Assembly (NCBI GenBank): GCA_910585045.1
Contig: CAJUCD010000001.1
Span: 111,573 to 175,572, forward strand
Origin: an uncultured Bacilli bacterium
Lineage (GTDB): Bacteria > Bacillota_I > Bacilli_A > RF39 > UBA660
Direction: 5' to 3'
Length of the DNA stretch: 64,000 nucleotides
The notes under the pieces are model-generated. The model saw nothing but the letters and a program-made list of their open reading frames with translations, was not told where the DNA came from and made no database searches. Of this stretch, positions 61,701-64,000 are shown in pieces (positions within the stretch are counted from its first letter, which is position 1; every line of letters starts with the position of its first letter). The translations under genes were made by a program, and so were the position numbers.

Positions 61701-62573
61701 TCTAGTACCTTTGATTATAATTTATTGACTCCTGCTACGGAAAGTGCTGTAATAGCTAATTTTGAACCTGATGGTGGTTTAAGATATAAATTAAGAAGAC
61801 TTACTGAAAAAGCTTCTGGTAAAATAAAAGCAAAATGGAATAGTTTAGTAGAAGTTGGATTAAAAAACTGTTCGCCAGAAATGACAGCATTTGATACTAC
61901 TAAACAAGTTCTTAATAATATTAGAACACAAGTTGATGACAGTTTAAATGAGGCTACATATGGTGGAGATTCAAGTGATTTATCTGTTCCAACACTTCCA
62001 GGTGAGATTATTGCAAATAGTGCAAATTGTACTCCAGAGAAAGCTATAGAAAATTATAGATTTGTAATTATGGAGTTGAGCAGTTATCTTGATAAGGCAA
62101 GAGAAGCTGTAGATACTGAATTAGATCGCTATCCAAATCATCTTTGTACTGCTAAAAAAGCAAGAGTTCAAGATTTAAAATTACGCATTAATTTATGTAA
62201 AGAAAGAATTGCTTTATTGTTAATAGATTATTATGATAAAGCCAAGAAAGCTAATGATAATAATACTGCAAAAAGAATAGCAGCTTATATATTTTCTTTA
62301 ACATATGTTGATATGTTAGTATATGATAGTTTAGAAGAAGCTAAAACTGCTGTTAGTAGTATGATGTCCTTAACAGATGAAGAATTACATTCAGAATTGG
62401 TTTTGAGTAGACAAGCTATAGAAAGTGTTATTAAGAGTTTCCCAAAATATGGTGTTGATGAAAGAGATTCATATTATTTAAGTGTTTTAGAAGGTGCAAT
62501 TAATAATTTATCTAATGATGCAAGATATAGATTATCAGATAGTTTACCATATGTATTAAGCAGAAAAGTTTAA
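58734..62573 (+). CDS. very large (about 1279 aa) cytoplasmic coiled-coil protein with LELPPS repeats, function unknown
   Basis: No signal peptide or TM segment. Start at MAKGNGS. Contains a basic PKARGRKA segment and four (L/I)ELP(P/S)S motifs. Confidence 0.6.
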   Translation: MAKGNGSISSVDINGFSADLSPKAVDLSRKLESLKESQREIEKQLAEILKQRDELKKEILAVGAMVKKDIDRTFSLYAQSLMNAFNGFRDVDNPIMQEAVDAKVSLLRDLYVINNTFNPEEEIVILSNRMAVNVSQADKAEELLREINKPLPNIKEVKPEVQSVPKASKPSAAKASTSIPKARGRKALSPEIKSNKAFITKLEKELQKLEADSLKKEGILEPAINGKEIFVNLLPEYNGLYTAVKILREANESNLSLVSTLDVAYLPEDMQADFEKALSSTTYYKKKYSEPQRMVSENASLIEGLKGFLSNLESDIQNHVGVAIPKNSIDSFEPLSIESHVLRDNILEMIDILKDSKGQLTNVWKLGNVKRTHVNRFKELVKDSYKALAVVAPTFMAVSTVKDNLEVLKELNSGFGDFYQENVDNLERLNAYITRYNIILSSIGLGASRLKKASDGVLIDKNLISEYEQSLELLKEKTVQEVPDYLKSINLDFKVNNDILYSSNTIASLKSFIEDKIEEQRLATLARIKETERSEFVRDLVDRYFEELKQGMFNKIVLNPNYIKQKSEKPKVLKRVLELPPSREERRVNRASNVTTDKVIYLEEKSFSTVSEEQLLFKLKEIAKITDEDEMTKAIADLIGVSISSEVEQIIEEYKDYVPKDGYDYVLPQTRAKVLLELPSSRIETRLQELGQVKSVLDPNKIIELGALSGLRVGLLELPPSKKEVKLKEISESNQIATSTNVIELPSSSIFEPKVSEPTISQTTANTAAETLKESLTKPPVSSISQEASGVVKAKTVDELVLLIESYNKGAGVVNAPSAISEESQEKVSLITDKLQAILDIKDAKVRSEAIRNFRVKEPDISVRSVENILEEVHNYYDVVFNGENKELIANPLSQHANKLIALLYSVNPDDRNRLISELSLFSPEGSRELSEIIDRVENYNRVPVEPKKKLTEKELSEKLLAALNSNDENQLKDFSIFGDLGVRRINPESSTFDYNLLTPATESAVIANFEPDGGLRYKLRRLTEKASGKIKAKWNSLVEVGLKNCSPEMTAFDTTKQVLNNIRTQVDDSLNEATYGGDSSDLSVPTLPGEIIANSANCTPEKAIENYRFVIMELSSYLDKAREAVDTELDRYPNHLCTAKKARVQDLKLRINLCKERIALLLIDYYDKAKKANDNNTAKRIAAYIFSLTYVDMLVYDSLEEAKTAVSSMMSLTDEELHSELVLSRQAIESVIKSFPKYGVDERDSYYLSVLEGAINNLSNDARYRLSDSLPYVLSRKV

Positions 62574-62579
62574 AAAAAG

Positions 62580-62606
62580 ATTCTACATTTTAGTAGAATT
62601 TTTTTA
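62580..62606. terminator. bidirectional terminator
   Basis: Stem ATTCTAC / GTAGAAT with A- and T-runs on either side, between convergent genes. Confidence 0.6.
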
Positions 62607-63233
62607 GTATAATAATTTAATTCTTTTTCCTTTAATTTCGATAAATCCTTCTTCTTTTAAATATTTTAATTCTCTGGACATTGCGCTTCGATCAATAGCA
62701 AGATAATCTGCTAAATCTGTAAAATTAAAAGGAAGATATATGTATTTAGAATTATGTTTTTTGGAGATGATTTTAAAGTATTCTAAGAGTTTATTACGAA
62801 TAGTTTTTTTGGTTAGTATTTCTATTCTTTCGTTTTTTTCTTGAATTTTTTTGGATGTTATTTGAAGAAGGTTCTTTATAAATTGGTTATAGAAAGATTT
62901 ATTTGTTAAGTTACAATTAATTATATTATCATAATCGATTATAATTATTTCGGTATCTTCTTTTGCTATTATTTCATATTCTTTATTTTTAAGTGAACTT
63001 ATGAATGAGCCAAAAACATCTTGTTCTTCAAGCTCTTCTATTATTGTCCGTATTCCATTGTGATCTGTTCTAATAATTTGGAGATAACCGCTTGTAATAA
63101 TGCCAACTATATTGTCATTTTTTATTACAGATAATATGGTACTATCTTTTTTAAAGTGTAAAGTATTTGCTTCTAGCATAAGTAGTAGTTTCTCTTTGTT
63201 TTTACTATTAATATTATCAAATAAATATGTCAT
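62604..63233 (-). CDS. Crp/Fnr-family transcriptional regulator
   Basis: cNMP-binding-like N-domain and a C-terminal HTH (RSAMSRELKYLKEEGFI). Confidence 0.85.
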   Translation of the reverse strand: MTYLFDNINSKNKEKLLLMLEANTLHFKKDSTILSVIKNDNIVGIITSGYLQIIRTDHNGIRTIIEELEEQDVFGSFISSLKNKEYEIIAKEDTEIIIIDYDNIINCNLTNKSFYNQFIKNLLQITSKKIQEKNERIEILTKKTIRNKLLEYFKIISKKHNSKYIYLPFNFTDLADYLAIDRSAMSRELKYLKEEGFIEIKGKRIKLLY

Positions 63234-63272
63234 TTTACACCTCTTATTAAAATAATATCAAATTTTGTTAAA

Positions 63273-63288
63273 TGTTGCAATTGCAACA
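63273..63288. promoter_or_regulatory. perfect 16-bp palindrome TGTTGCAATTGCAACA in the crp-nrdD divergent intergenic region (candidate operator)
   Basis: Read directly from the sequence. It has the TGTTG-N6-CAACA architecture typical of Crp/Fnr-type sites. Confidence 0.45.
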
Positions 63289-63347
63289 ATGTGTATTTTT
63301 TAAGATATGCTATACTTAATTTGTTGTGAAGGAAGGATGAGTGTAGT

Positions 63348-64000
63348 ATGAAAATAATAAAAAGAGATGGACATATGGTAGATTATTCTCCAGAAAAGAT
63401 AGAGAATGCTATCATGAAAGCTAATTTGGAGGTAGAAGAAGAAGATCAAGCTTCACATACTCAAATTAGAAATATTGTTAAATATATTGAAAATCTTGGT
63501 AAAAAAAGAATGCTTGTTGAGGATATTCAAGATATTATTGAAAGAAAATTAATGAGTATAGGTAAATATGAATTAGCTAAAAAATATATTACTTATAGAT
63601 ATACAAGAGAATTAGTACGTAAAAGTAATACAACAGATTTAGCTATTAAAGAACTGATAGATGGAGAAAGTGAATATTGGAGTACTGAGAATTCTAATAA
63701 AGATGCTAAAGTAGTTACTACTCAAAGGGATTATTTAGCTGGTATTACAAGTACTGATATTACTAGAAGATTTTTACTTCCTGATGATATTGTAAGAGCT
63801 CATGATGCTGGTATAATTCATTTCCATGATGCAGATTACTTTGCTCAAAATGCGTTGCATAATTGTGATTTGATAAATTTAGATGATATGCTTCAAAATG
63901 GAACTAATATAAATGGTGTTATGATTGAGAAACCTCATAGATTTTTAACTGCTATGACTATTGCGACTCAACTTATAACAGCAGTAAATTCTAGTCAGTA
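63348..64000 (+). CDS. nrdD: anaerobic ribonucleoside-triphosphate reductase, N-terminal part (runs off window)
   Basis: ATP-cone start MKIIKRDGHMVDYSPEKI, then GIIHFHDADY. GAAGGAAGG RBS. Not in the ORF track because it has no stop codon in the window. Confidence 0.85.
   Translation, partial: MKIIKRDGHMVDYSPEKIENAIMKANLEVEEEDQASHTQIRNIVKYIENLGKKRMLVEDIQDIIERKLMSIGKYELAKKYITYRYTRELVRKSNTTDLAIKELIDGESEYWSTENSNKDAKVVTTQRDYLAGITSTDITRRFLLPDDIVRAHDAGIIHFHDADYFAQNALHNCDLINLDDMLQNGTNINGVMIEKPHRFLTAMTIATQLITAVNSSQ

Overview
This window covers the replication-origin region of a very AT-rich, endospore-forming Firmicute chromosome. Sporulation genes present are spoIIR, spoVT, bofA, yaaT/ricT and a SleB-like hydrolase. 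The backbone is the classic oriC neighbourhood. On the minus strand, from about 0.4 to 37.4 kb, it reads rsmG-mnmG-mnmE, rpsI-rplM, truA, rpmE, murA, metG, spoVT-mfd-pth, holB-recR-ybaB-dnaX-tadA, gyrA-gyrB-recF-dnaN-dnaA. On the plus strand, from about 38 kb, it reads rpmH-rnpA-yidC-jag. The strand switch at dnaA/rpmH, two tandem perfect DnaA boxes and AT-rich repeats mark oriC.

The non-coding content is unusually rich:
- a roughly 570-nt GC-enriched structured RNA candidate followed by a small 4-TM protein, possibly OLE/OapA-like;
- four parS sites clustered in one 760-bp intergenic region;
- three perfect Noc-binding-site palindromes;
- a minimal 71-nt SRP RNA;
- a Met T-box.

The main accessory feature is a roughly 14.7-kb element integrated by a large serine recombinase. 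It splits a signal-peptide-less cwlC-like amidase gene (41.5-56.2 kb). attL, attR and the in-frame repaired junction are all readable. Its cargo is a stack of defence-type modules: AbiEi/AbiEii bracketed by structured inverted repeats, a decayed Fic gene, a type IC R-M operon with an embedded PrrC-like anticodon-nuclease gene and a TAEL repeat in hsdS, and a KAP P-loop NTPase.

Other oddities:
- two catalytically degenerate EcfA-like ORFs with no ecfT;
- a ComK-like gene between dnaN and recF;
- a VTE5/VTE6-like isoprenoid-kinase gene pair;
- a 1279-aa non-secreted protein with LELPPS repeats.

All calls rest on reading motifs in the supplied translations and the DNA. No database search was run.
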